Shown here: one piece after another, positions 56,538 to 64,000 of the stretch
Numbering within the stretch: the first letter of the stretch is position 1
Layout of the letters: each line of letters begins with the position of its first letter
Origin: a bacterium
GTDB lineage: Bacteria > Bacteroidota > Bacteroidia > Bacteroidales > Paludibacteraceae
NCBI GenBank assembly: GCA_044433285.1
Contig: JAWXTU010000001.1
Location: 109-64,108, forward strand
Direction of reading: 5' to 3'
Length of the DNA: 64,000 nt
Program-made: the position numbers and the translations under genes
The notes under the pieces: generated by a model
What the model saw: the letters and a program-made list of their open reading frames with translations, nothing else
The model's database searches: none
What the model was told of the DNA's origin: nothing

Positions 56538-56641
56538 GGGGATTTCTAATAACATCTTTGCTAAAATTTTCACAAGAGTTATTAGAGATATTTTGACTAA
56601 CTACCACGAGTTTAGTGGGCTTAATGAGCGACCTAATCCCC
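56538..56641 (+). repeat. Truncated copy C (left end plus conserved core) of the element
   Basis: GGGGATTTCTAATAACATCTTTGC...TTATTAGAGATATTTTGACTAACTACCACGAGTTTAGTGGGCTTAATGAGCGA aligns with positions 1 to ~95 of copy A, then ends ...AATCCCC. Ends 10 nt from the typA stop. Confidence 0.7.
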
Positions 56642-56651
56642 TAAATATTAA

Positions 56652-58448
56652 TTATCTCGATGCACGTTTTCTCTCGTTTTCGTCGAGTAATATTTTACGC
56701 ATACGAATATGGTTAGGAGTGATTTCTGCATATTCATCTTCCTTGATATATTCAAGAGTCTCCTCAAGCGACATAACCACTGGAGGGATTAAACGTGCTT
56801 TATCATCAGCACCTGAGGCACGCATATTTGTGAGTTTCTTTGATTTGGTTACATTTACCACCATATCACCCTCTTTTGCATTTTCACCTACCACCTGTCC
56901 AGCGTATACCTGTTCTTGTGGGAAGATGAAGAATTTACCTCTATCTTGAAGTTTATCAATAGCATAAGCAAAAGCAGTGCCACTCTCCATTGCGATAATA
57001 GAACCGTTAATGCGGCGTTCTATTTCACCTTTCCAAGGTGCATATTCTAAAAATCTGTGAGCCATAATAGCCTCTCCAGCAGATAGAGTTAAAACGTTGT
57101 TACGAAGTCCCATAATACCACGAGATGGAATAGCAAATTCGATATGGATACGGTCTTTTTGAGTCTCCATAGAGAGCATTTCGCCTTTACGACGAGTTAC
57201 TATATCAATGATTTTGCTTGAATACTCTTCTGGTAGATTTACGGTTAATTGCTCGATTGGTTCGCACAATACACCATCAATCTCTTTTGTAATTACCTGA
57301 GGTTGTCCTACTTGCAGCTCGTAACCCTCACGGCGCATAGTTTCGATAAGTACTGAGAGGTGCAATACACCACGACCAGAAACGCGCCAAACATCAGAAT
57401 CTTCGTTTTTCTCTACTCGTAGAGCCAAGTTTTTGTCAAGCTCCTTCATCAAGCGATCGTGGATGTGGCGAGAGGTTACAAATTTACCATCTTTACCAAA
57501 GAATGGCGAGTCGTTGTTAGTAAACGACATACTCATAGTAGGTTCGTCGATTGCAATAGGTGTCAATGGTTCTGGATTTTCCAAATCGCAAATTGAATCA
57601 CCAATTTCAAATCCATCAATACCCACCACGGCGCATAAATCACCTGAGTGTACCTCAGTAGCAGCGGTGCGACCAAGACCTGTAAAAGTTTGTAGGGCTT
57701 TGATACGTTGTTTTACCACTTTGCCATCGCGTTTTACAAGAGCCACATCCATACCCTCGCGGATTGTGCCACGGTGTACGCGACCCACAGCAATACGACC
57801 TACATAGCTCGAGTAGTCAAGCGATGTGATAAGCATTTGTGGTGTGCCCTCCAACATTGGTGGAGCAGGTATATGTTCGATAATTGCATCGAGTAGGGGA
57901 AGGATATTATCTGTTTCATTTTTCCAGTCGGTCGACATCCAGTTATTTTTTGCCGAACCGTAAACAGTTGGAAATTCTAGTTGTTCTTCTGTAGCATCGA
58001 GGTTAAACATCAATTCAAATACCGCTTCATTCACCTCGTCTGGACGACAGTTTGGTTTATCAACTTTGTTGATTACCACGATTGGTTTTAGTCCTAAGTT
58101 TAGGGCTTTTTGTAGCACAAATCGAGTTTGTGGCATCGGACCTTCAAAGGCATCAACCAGTAGCAAGCATCCGTCTGCCATATTCAAAACACGTTCCACT
58201 TCTCCTCCGAAGTCGGCGTGCCCAGGTGTGTCGATAATGTTGATTTTAGTATCTTTGTAATTAATAGATACGTTTTTTGATAAAATAGTGATTCCGCGCT
58301 CACGCTCTAAATCATTATTGTCTAGCATTAATTCTCCAGTTTGTTGGTTATCCCTAAACAACAAACCAGCAAGTAACATCTTGTCTACAAGTGTTGTTTT
58401 GCCATGATCGACGTGCGCTATAATGGCAATGTTTCTGATTTTTTGCAT
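56652..58448 (-). CDS. typA: Translational GTPase TypA/BipA
   Basis: 598 aa. AIIAHVDHGKTTLVD, DTPGHADFGGEV, NKVD G-motifs. EF-G-like domains without domain IV. Confidence 0.96.
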   Translation of the reverse strand: MQKIRNIAIIAHVDHGKTTLVDKMLLAGLLFRDNQQTGELMLDNNDLERERGITILSKNVSINYKDTKINIIDTPGHADFGGEVERVLNMADGCLLLVDAFEGPMPQTRFVLQKALNLGLKPIVVINKVDKPNCRPDEVNEAVFELMFNLDATEEQLEFPTVYGSAKNNWMSTDWKNETDNILPLLDAIIEHIPAPPMLEGTPQMLITSLDYSSYVGRIAVGRVHRGTIREGMDVALVKRDGKVVKQRIKALQTFTGLGRTAATEVHSGDLCAVVGIDGFEIGDSICDLENPEPLTPIAIDEPTMSMSFTNNDSPFFGKDGKFVTSRHIHDRLMKELDKNLALRVEKNEDSDVWRVSGRGVLHLSVLIETMRREGYELQVGQPQVITKEIDGVLCEPIEQLTVNLPEEYSSKIIDIVTRRKGEMLSMETQKDRIHIEFAIPSRGIMGLRNNVLTLSAGEAIMAHRFLEYAPWKGEIERRINGSIIAMESGTAFAYAIDKLQDRGKFFIFPQEQVYAGQVVGENAKEGDMVVNVTKSKKLTNMRASGADDKARLIPPVVMSLEETLEYIKEDEYAEITPNHIRMRKILLDENERKRASR

Positions 58449-58497
58449 CTACTTTTGGTTTGAATTACCTCGTTTATTTCGTTATTTTAATAATTTG

Positions 58498-58505
58498 CAA
58501 AGATA
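58498..58505 (-). promoter_or_regulatory. -7 box TAtcTTTG (minus strand) upstream of typA
   Basis: Plus-strand CAAAGATA, 50 nt upstream of the ATG at 58448. Confidence 0.4.
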
Positions 58506-58700
58506 CGATTTTTTTTTCATTTAATCCTCTTTTGTGATTAAAATTTTATTACGAAATTCAGTTGTTTTTTTTTGAACTACCTTTAGTTTATGTTAATCGT
58601 TTAATTAGCTGAAAATTAATCTCTATCTGTAGATAATGTAAATCGGTAATTTGTGTTAGACTATGATAAAGATTCCGTAAATTGTCTAAATTTTGAGACA

Positions 58701-58735
58701 CTTTAATTGCCTACCTTTGTCGCAGGTAATTAAAG
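58701..58735. promoter_or_regulatory. Imperfect palindrome overlapping the efflux-operon -7 box (candidate operator)
   Basis: CTTTAATTGCCTAC-(7 nt)-GCAGGTAATTAAAG. 12 of 14 arm positions are complementary. Confidence 0.35.
58712..58719 (+). promoter_or_regulatory. -7 box TAccTTTG upstream of the RND efflux operon
   Basis: Embedded in the imperfect palindrome 58701-58735. Confidence 0.45.
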
Positions 58736-58797
58736 TAAGATTATTTGTGGGTATACTACAGATAATTAGATAATTGTAAATTAAAATTATAGTAGTG

Positions 58798-59901
58798 ATG
58801 AAAAAAATTAGTTATGGTATAGTGTTTTTTATGATGCTATTATTGTGCAGTTGCACAAAAGAACAAAATTCTTCTACTCAGCAAGCGGCAAACTATCAGT
58901 TGCAGACAATTTCTTTAAGTGATTTTGCAACTGCTTCTGCTTACTCAGCGTCGGTGCAAGGGCAACAGGATATAGAGATATATCCGCAGGTGAGTGGTTA
59001 TCTTGAGAGTGTTGAGGTTACTGAGGGGCAGGTGGTAAAGCAAGGAGAACTGTTGTTTGTAATTGAACAAGCGCCTTATCGTGCAGCCTATAATGCTGCT
59101 GAGGCAGGTGTAAATGTTGCCAAAGCAGCTGTGGCAACAGCAGAACTTGATTATACCAATTCTGAGTTGATTTATGAGAAGGGGATCATCTCTAATTCAG
59201 AACTTCAAACGATGCTTAATCAATTGGAGAGTGCAAAGGCAGGATTAAGTGTGGCTGAGGCAGAGTTGTTAAGTGCTAAAACAAATTTGGACTTTACGAT
59301 GATAAAGTCTCCATCTGCAGGTGTTGTGGGTAAGATTCCTTATAGAAGAGGTACTCTAGTCTCATCATCTCTTTCTCAGAGTTTAACGGTAATATCTGAT
59401 AACTCTAATATGTATGTCTATTTCTCAATGAATGAAAAGCAGGTATATGATCTATTTGATTTATATGGCTCATTAGAGAAGGCTGTTTTGGGTATGCCAG
59501 AGTTGGAGTTGAAGCTAAGTAATGGTTTTGTTTATTCTCATAAGGGTAAAGTTGAGAGTATTAGTGGTATTGTGGATAGTTCTACAGGTTCAGTTAGTGT
59601 TCGTGCCTCATTTCCTAATCCACAGCGTAAACTTCTTAGTGGCTCAACGGCAAATGTAATTATACCGACGACAATGAGTAATGTGGTAGTTATACCCAAA
59701 ACTGCCACGTATGAACTTCAAGGTAAATTCTTTACATATAGAGTTGTTGATGGAGTGGCTAAATCTACTCCAATCGAGCTCTCTGCTACGATGAGTGCAA
59801 ATGAATATGTGGTATTGGATGGACTAAATCAAGGTGATGTTATTATTGCTAAGGGTGCTGGTCTTGTGCGTGAGGGTGCTGCTGTAGTGGTTAATAATTA
59901 A
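58798..59901 (+). CDS. RND efflux periplasmic adaptor (membrane fusion protein)
   Basis: Lipoprotein signal (LLLCSC), coiled-coil hairpin, beta-barrel domains. The ORF track begins at GTG 58795; the ATG at 58798 is preferred. Confidence 0.88.
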   Translation: MKKISYGIVFFMMLLLCSCTKEQNSSTQQAANYQLQTISLSDFATASAYSASVQGQQDIEIYPQVSGYLESVEVTEGQVVKQGELLFVIEQAPYRAAYNAAEAGVNVAKAAVATAELDYTNSELIYEKGIISNSELQTMLNQLESAKAGLSVAEAELLSAKTNLDFTMIKSPSAGVVGKIPYRRGTLVSSSLSQSLTVISDNSNMYVYFSMNEKQVYDLFDLYGSLEKAVLGMPELELKLSNGFVYSHKGKVESISGIVDSSTGSVSVRASFPNPQRKLLSGSTANVIIPTTMSNVVVIPKTATYELQGKFFTYRVVDGVAKSTPIELSATMSANEYVVLDGLNQGDVIIAKGAGLVREGAAVVVNN

Positions 59902-59913
59902 TTTCTATTTATT

Positions 59914-62900
59914 ATGAATATAAAGAGTTTTATTGATAGACCTATTCTCTCGATAGGTATCTCAATTTTTACAGTTTTGATAGGTGCTATATCTCTGTTC
60001 TCACTCCCTATTGAGCAGTATCCAAATATTGCACCCCCAGCGGTCAAAGTTACTACCACCTATACAGGTGCAAGTGCTGATGCTATTCTTAATAGTGTAA
60101 TTGCACCACTCGAAGAGGCAATCAACGGTGTGGATAATATGATATATATGACATCGACTGCAAGTAATACAGGTGAGGCGGAGATAATTGTCTATTTCAA
60201 GCAGGGAACAGACCCAGATATGGCAGCTGTTAATGTGCAAAATCGTGTAGCGGTTGGGTCGGCAACACTCCCATCGGAGGTGCTTCAGATTGGTGTTACC
60301 ACACAAAAGGAACAACCAAGTAATCTACGTATCTTTTCGGTTGCAAGTCCCAATAATACATATGATAACAACTTTATAAGCAACTATATTGCTATTAATA
60401 TCCGTCCGCAAATTCAGCGTATTACAGGTGTGGCTGATGTTAAAGTTATCGGTCCTAATTATTCGATGTGTATATGGTTAGATCCTGCACTAATGGCTCA
60501 GTATAAATTAATGCCAAGTGATGTAACTAGCGTTCTTGCTCAGCAAAATATTGAAGTTGCAACAGGAACTGTTGGCGAGAACTCTGGTCAAACATTTCAA
60601 TATACACTTAAATATTCTGGTCGCAAAGATAAGATAGTCGAGTTTGAACAGATGCCAATTGTTGTTACGGCAGATGGCGAGGTGTTGCGTTTGGGCGATA
60701 TTGCTCGTATTGAATTGGGGCAAGATAACTACTTTTTTACCTCAAAGACAGATGGTAGTAACAGTATTGTGTCATTAGTTACACAAACAGCAGGTTCAAA
60801 TGCTACACAGATCAATCTTGAAATAGATGAGATATTTGAGCGAATGGAGAGTGAACTCCCCGAAGATTTAGAAATTGTGGTGATTGACAATACAAATAAC
60901 TTCCTATTTGCCTCTATCGAGTCCGTAGTTATTTCGCTTATATTGGCAATAATTTTGGTGTTTATTGTGGTCTATTTCTTTTTGCAAGATTTCAATGCAA
61001 CACTTATTCCTACAATATCTATTATTGTTTCGCTCATTGGCACATTTGCATTTATGCAGCTTGCAGGTTTTTCTCTCAATATGCTAACTCTCTTTGCTTT
61101 AGTTTTGGTTATTGGTACGGTTGTGGATAATGCTATTGTTGTTGTTGAGGCGGTTCAAGCTCGTTTCGATAGTGGTTATACCTCTTCATACGAGGCAACT
61201 GTAGATGCAATGAAGGGTCTGCTTTCTGCACTATTTACCACAACGTTGGTCTTTATGGCGGTGTTTATTCCAGTATGTTTTATAAGTGGAACAACAGGAA
61301 CATTCTACACGCAGTTTGGACTTACAATGGCGGTTGCCGTTGGTTTGTCTTTTATCAATGCCCTTACACTTTCTCCCGCACTAAGTGCTATATTCCTAAA
61401 ACCCACTCCTCAGCAGGGCAAAGGAAACAGAATGGCAACAATAGTTAGAAACTTTTACAATTCATTCTATAATGCCACTCTAAAGCAATATACTAAAGGT
61501 GTTAAGTTTTTTATTAATCATACATATTTGGTTGTAATTATCCTTTTATTAGTTTTAGGAGCGTTGGGTTATATGATGATGACTACCAAAACAGGTCTTG
61601 TTCCTAGTGAGGATAAATCTCTTATAATTGTAGAGGTGGCAACCTCACCAGGAAACACAAGTGATGAGACGGAGATGGTTGTTACTCAAATTTATAACGC
61701 CATAAAGGATATACCTCAATTTGGTAATATATCACAAATTGTAGGGCGTGGCTTAATATCTGGTTCTAGTTCGGACGCAGCATCATTTTTCATCAATCTT
61801 AAGCACTGGGATGAACGACCTGGTAATGAGAACTCTTTAGATGCGGTGATAGCCGAGATTTACGCACGCACTGCCACTATCACTGAGGCTAGAATTTATG
61901 CATTAACTCCAAGTATGATTCCTGGATATGGTGCAGGTGGTGGTTTTGAATTTCATACTCAAGACCTGCGTGGCGGCGACATAAAAGATTTATATAATGT
62001 AACTCAAGAGTATTTGGCAGCTCTAAATGCTCGTCCAGAAATTGCAATGGCATTTAGTAGCTATAATATCACTTATCCACAGTATATTGTGGATGTAGAT
62101 GCTACCAAAGCGATGATGGCAGGCATTGCGCCTAAAGATATTCTTACAACAATCGGGGGTTATTATGGCGGTCTATATGCTTCGAACATTAATCTATATT
62201 CAAAAGTATTTCGTGTAATGATTCAAGCAGAGGCAGATGCGCGAGGAGATATAACCTCAATGGATAATATCTTCGTTCGTGTAGGCGATCAGATGGCGCC
62301 TGTCTCTCAATTTGTTACCCTCACTAAAGTATACGATCCTGTGGAGTTATCGCGTTTTAATATGTATCCAAGTATAGGTGTAAATGGCGCAATAGCAGAT
62401 GGATATAGCTCTGGAGATGCTATTCGTGCAATTAAAGAGACGGCAGAGCAGATGCCATCGGGTTATGGTGTGGATTTTAGTGGAATGACTCGTGAAGAGG
62501 AGAGTGGTGGCAACACCACAGCTATAGTTTTTATAGTATGTTTTGTCTTTATCTTTGTGTTGATGAGTATGCTCTACGAAAGTTATTTTATTCCGTTGGC
62601 GGTTATTCTTTCTATTCCATTTGGACTTGCAGGTAGTTTCCTATTCGCCACAATGATGGGACTGGAGAATAATATATATCTGCAAGTGGGACTTATTATG
62701 CTCATTGGTCTATTAGCCAAAACGGCTATCCTACTCACAGAATATGCCACTCAATGTCGCAAATCAGGAATGTCAATCAAGCAGGCTGCATTATTTTCTG
62801 CTAAGGTACGTATGCGACCAATTTTGATGACTGCACTCACGATGATATTTGGTATGCTTCCTTTGATGTTCGCTTCGGGTGTAGGAGCTAATGGCAATCG

Positions 62901-63084
62901 CACGGTTGGAGCTGGTGCAGTTGGCGGTATGTTGATTGGTACTTTGGCTCTACTGTTTATTGTCCCTTCACTATTTGTAATCTTCCAAAGATTGCAGGAG
63001 AGAGTAAAAAAAGTTGAGCACGAAGAGTCTACCGACCCAATGATTATTGCAGAATTAGAGCTTATTGAAAAGTCGAACAAATAA
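59914..63084 (+). CDS. RND multidrug efflux permease (AcrB/HAE1 family)
   Basis: 1056 aa, 12-TM architecture with two large periplasmic loops. Conserved TM4 block (GTVVDNAIVVVE). Confidence 0.95.
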   Translation: MNIKSFIDRPILSIGISIFTVLIGAISLFSLPIEQYPNIAPPAVKVTTTYTGASADAILNSVIAPLEEAINGVDNMIYMTSTASNTGEAEIIVYFKQGTDPDMAAVNVQNRVAVGSATLPSEVLQIGVTTQKEQPSNLRIFSVASPNNTYDNNFISNYIAINIRPQIQRITGVADVKVIGPNYSMCIWLDPALMAQYKLMPSDVTSVLAQQNIEVATGTVGENSGQTFQYTLKYSGRKDKIVEFEQMPIVVTADGEVLRLGDIARIELGQDNYFFTSKTDGSNSIVSLVTQTAGSNATQINLEIDEIFERMESELPEDLEIVVIDNTNNFLFASIESVVISLILAIILVFIVVYFFLQDFNATLIPTISIIVSLIGTFAFMQLAGFSLNMLTLFALVLVIGTVVDNAIVVVEAVQARFDSGYTSSYEATVDAMKGLLSALFTTTLVFMAVFIPVCFISGTTGTFYTQFGLTMAVAVGLSFINALTLSPALSAIFLKPTPQQGKGNRMATIVRNFYNSFYNATLKQYTKGVKFFINHTYLVVIILLLVLGALGYMMMTTKTGLVPSEDKSLIIVEVATSPGNTSDETEMVVTQIYNAIKDIPQFGNISQIVGRGLISGSSSDAASFFINLKHWDERPGNENSLDAVIAEIYARTATITEARIYALTPSMIPGYGAGGGFEFHTQDLRGGDIKDLYNVTQEYLAALNARPEIAMAFSSYNITYPQYIVDVDATKAMMAGIAPKDILTTIGGYYGGLYASNINLYSKVFRVMIQAEADARGDITSMDNIFVRVGDQMAPVSQFVTLTKVYDPVELSRFNMYPSIGVNGAIADGYSSGDAIRAIKETAEQMPSGYGVDFSGMTREEESGGNTTAIVFIVCFVFIFVLMSMLYESYFIPLAVILSIPFGLAGSFLFATMMGLENNIYLQVGLIMLIGLLAKTAILLTEYATQCRKSGMSIKQAALFSAKVRMRPILMTALTMIFGMLPLMFASGVGANGNRTVGAGAVGGMLIGTLALLFIVPSLFVIFQRLQERVKKVEHEESTDPMIIAELELIEKSNK

Positions 63085-63100
63085 AAGGAGGAAAACAAAA

Positions 63101-64000
63101 ATGATATATAAAATAAAATATCTAGCAGCCATAATGATGGTTTTTATTCTTAATGGTTGTGGAATTTATACTAAATTCACATCTCCAAGTGTCAATGATA
63201 CTTCGCTTATGGGTGAGGATTTTGAACTTCGTGAGGAGTCAATAGATTCTCTCCCCACATGGAGGGAGTATTTTACGGATGATTACCTCGTTGCTTTAAT
63301 TGAAGAGGCGTTAAAGAATAATGTTGATTTGAAAATTGCAGGGTTAAATATCTCTCAGGCAGAGCGTAATCTCTCAACGGCACGTATGGCTTATGCTCCA
63401 TCTTTTGCTATTGCTGTTGAAGGTTCATCTTCAAGATTTGGTTCTGTAACAACAAATAGCTACTCTATTCCGTTAGTAGCTTCGTGGGAGATTGATCTAT
63501 TTGGGCGTTTGCATAATAGTAAAATGCAGTCAAAGGCGATAGTGGAACAGGTGAAGATGTATGAGAGTGCTATCCAGTCGCAGCTTATAGCGGCTGTGGC
63601 TACATCATATTACGCTCTTGTTTTGGCAGATAATCAACTTAGTGCAACAAAACAGAGTCGAGAGGCAATGTCTGAGAGTCTCGATGCAATAAAGTCTTTA
63701 ATGTTAATTGGGCAGCAGACAGGGGCAGCCGTAGAGCAAGCAGAGGCTAACTTAAAGGCAATTGAGCTAACGGTTGAGGCGCTTGAGCAGAGTGTGAAAC
63801 TTACGAGTAATAACCTCAATTTGTTGCTGAATCGTTCAGCGCAAGAGGTAGAGCGGAATTCAACTATTGTTACCTCCTCATTAGAACTTGAGGGTTCATT
63901 ATCGCTTGCGGCGCTGTCGTCTCGTCCAGATGTTTTATATGCTGAGGCAATTTTGTGTCAGAGTTTTTACGGAGTAAATTATGCTCGTTCATCTCTTTAT
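63101..64000 (+). CDS. Efflux outer-membrane lipoprotein (TolC/NodT family), N-terminal 300 aa (runs off the right edge)
   Basis: Hand translation gives MIYKIKYLAAIMMVFILNGCGIY..., then LIEEALKNNVDLKIAGLNISQAERNL and a second helical repeat. Open to the window end. Confidence 0.85.
   Translation, partial: MIYKIKYLAAIMMVFILNGCGIYTKFTSPSVNDTSLMGEDFELREESIDSLPTWREYFTDDYLVALIEEALKNNVDLKIAGLNISQAERNLSTARMAYAPSFAIAVEGSSSRFGSVTTNSYSIPLVASWEIDLFGRLHNSKMQSKAIVEQVKMYESAIQSQLIAAVATSYYALVLADNQLSATKQSREAMSESLDAIKSLMLIGQQTGAAVEQAEANLKAIELTVEALEQSVKLTSNNLNLLLNRSAQEVERNSTIVTSSLELEGSLSLAALSSRPDVLYAEAILCQSFYGVNYARSSLY

Noticed and set aside
56593-58260. Plus-strand ORFs 56593..56949, 57433..57807, 57708..57896 and 58066..58260
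   Set aside because: They are antisense to typA, which is full length with all G-motifs.
1-64000. CRISPR arrays, rRNA genes, transposase/integrase genes, prophage or conjugation genes
   Set aside because: I looked for regularly spaced direct repeats and for the relevant protein signatures in the ORF set. None were found. The only regularly recurring short repeat is the GGGGAGTTTTTAGAAGTCCCC family, which is dispersed rather than arrayed.

Overview
AT-rich chromosomal segment, most likely from a Bacteroidota (Bacteroidales-like) genome. Lineage evidence: TAnnTTTG -7 promoter boxes, the MoxR/DUF58/BatA-E aerotolerance operon, a GldJ-like lipoprotein, a BspA-type LRR protein with a T9SS-like C-terminal tail, and rpmB-rpmG-DUF4295-ftsY synteny. 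Most of the window is housekeeping: lon (partial), ileS, lipA, lipB, malQ, rpmB, rpmG, ftsY, rimO, uvrA, topB, folP, asnS, mutS2, parE, typA, plus an RND efflux operon running off the right edge. Accessory content: (1) a three-gene MboI/DpnII-type GATC restriction-modification cassette between ileS and lipA; (2) an orphan Wza-Wza-Wzc polysaccharide export module; (3) a surface-protein region next to tRNA-Asp, holding the BspA LRR protein, a DUF1566 lipoprotein gene broken by one in-frame TAG, and a membrane PH-domain gene with a perfect 21-bp in-frame duplication; (4) an MBOAT plus SGNH O-acyltransferase pair; (5) an AT-rich two-gene islet between mutS2 and parE. The most unusual signal is non-coding. 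An interspersed repeat family is built around the motif GGGGAGTTTTTAGAAGTCCCC. It occurs as two ~200-bp copies with inverted termini (730-931, 36731-36933), three internally deleted or truncated copies, and at least six solo end modules. All copies are intergenic, and they typically lie just after a stop codon and/or 10-60 nt upstream of a start codon. I cannot assign it to a known family from sequence alone. No CRISPR array, rRNA, transposase or integrase was seen.
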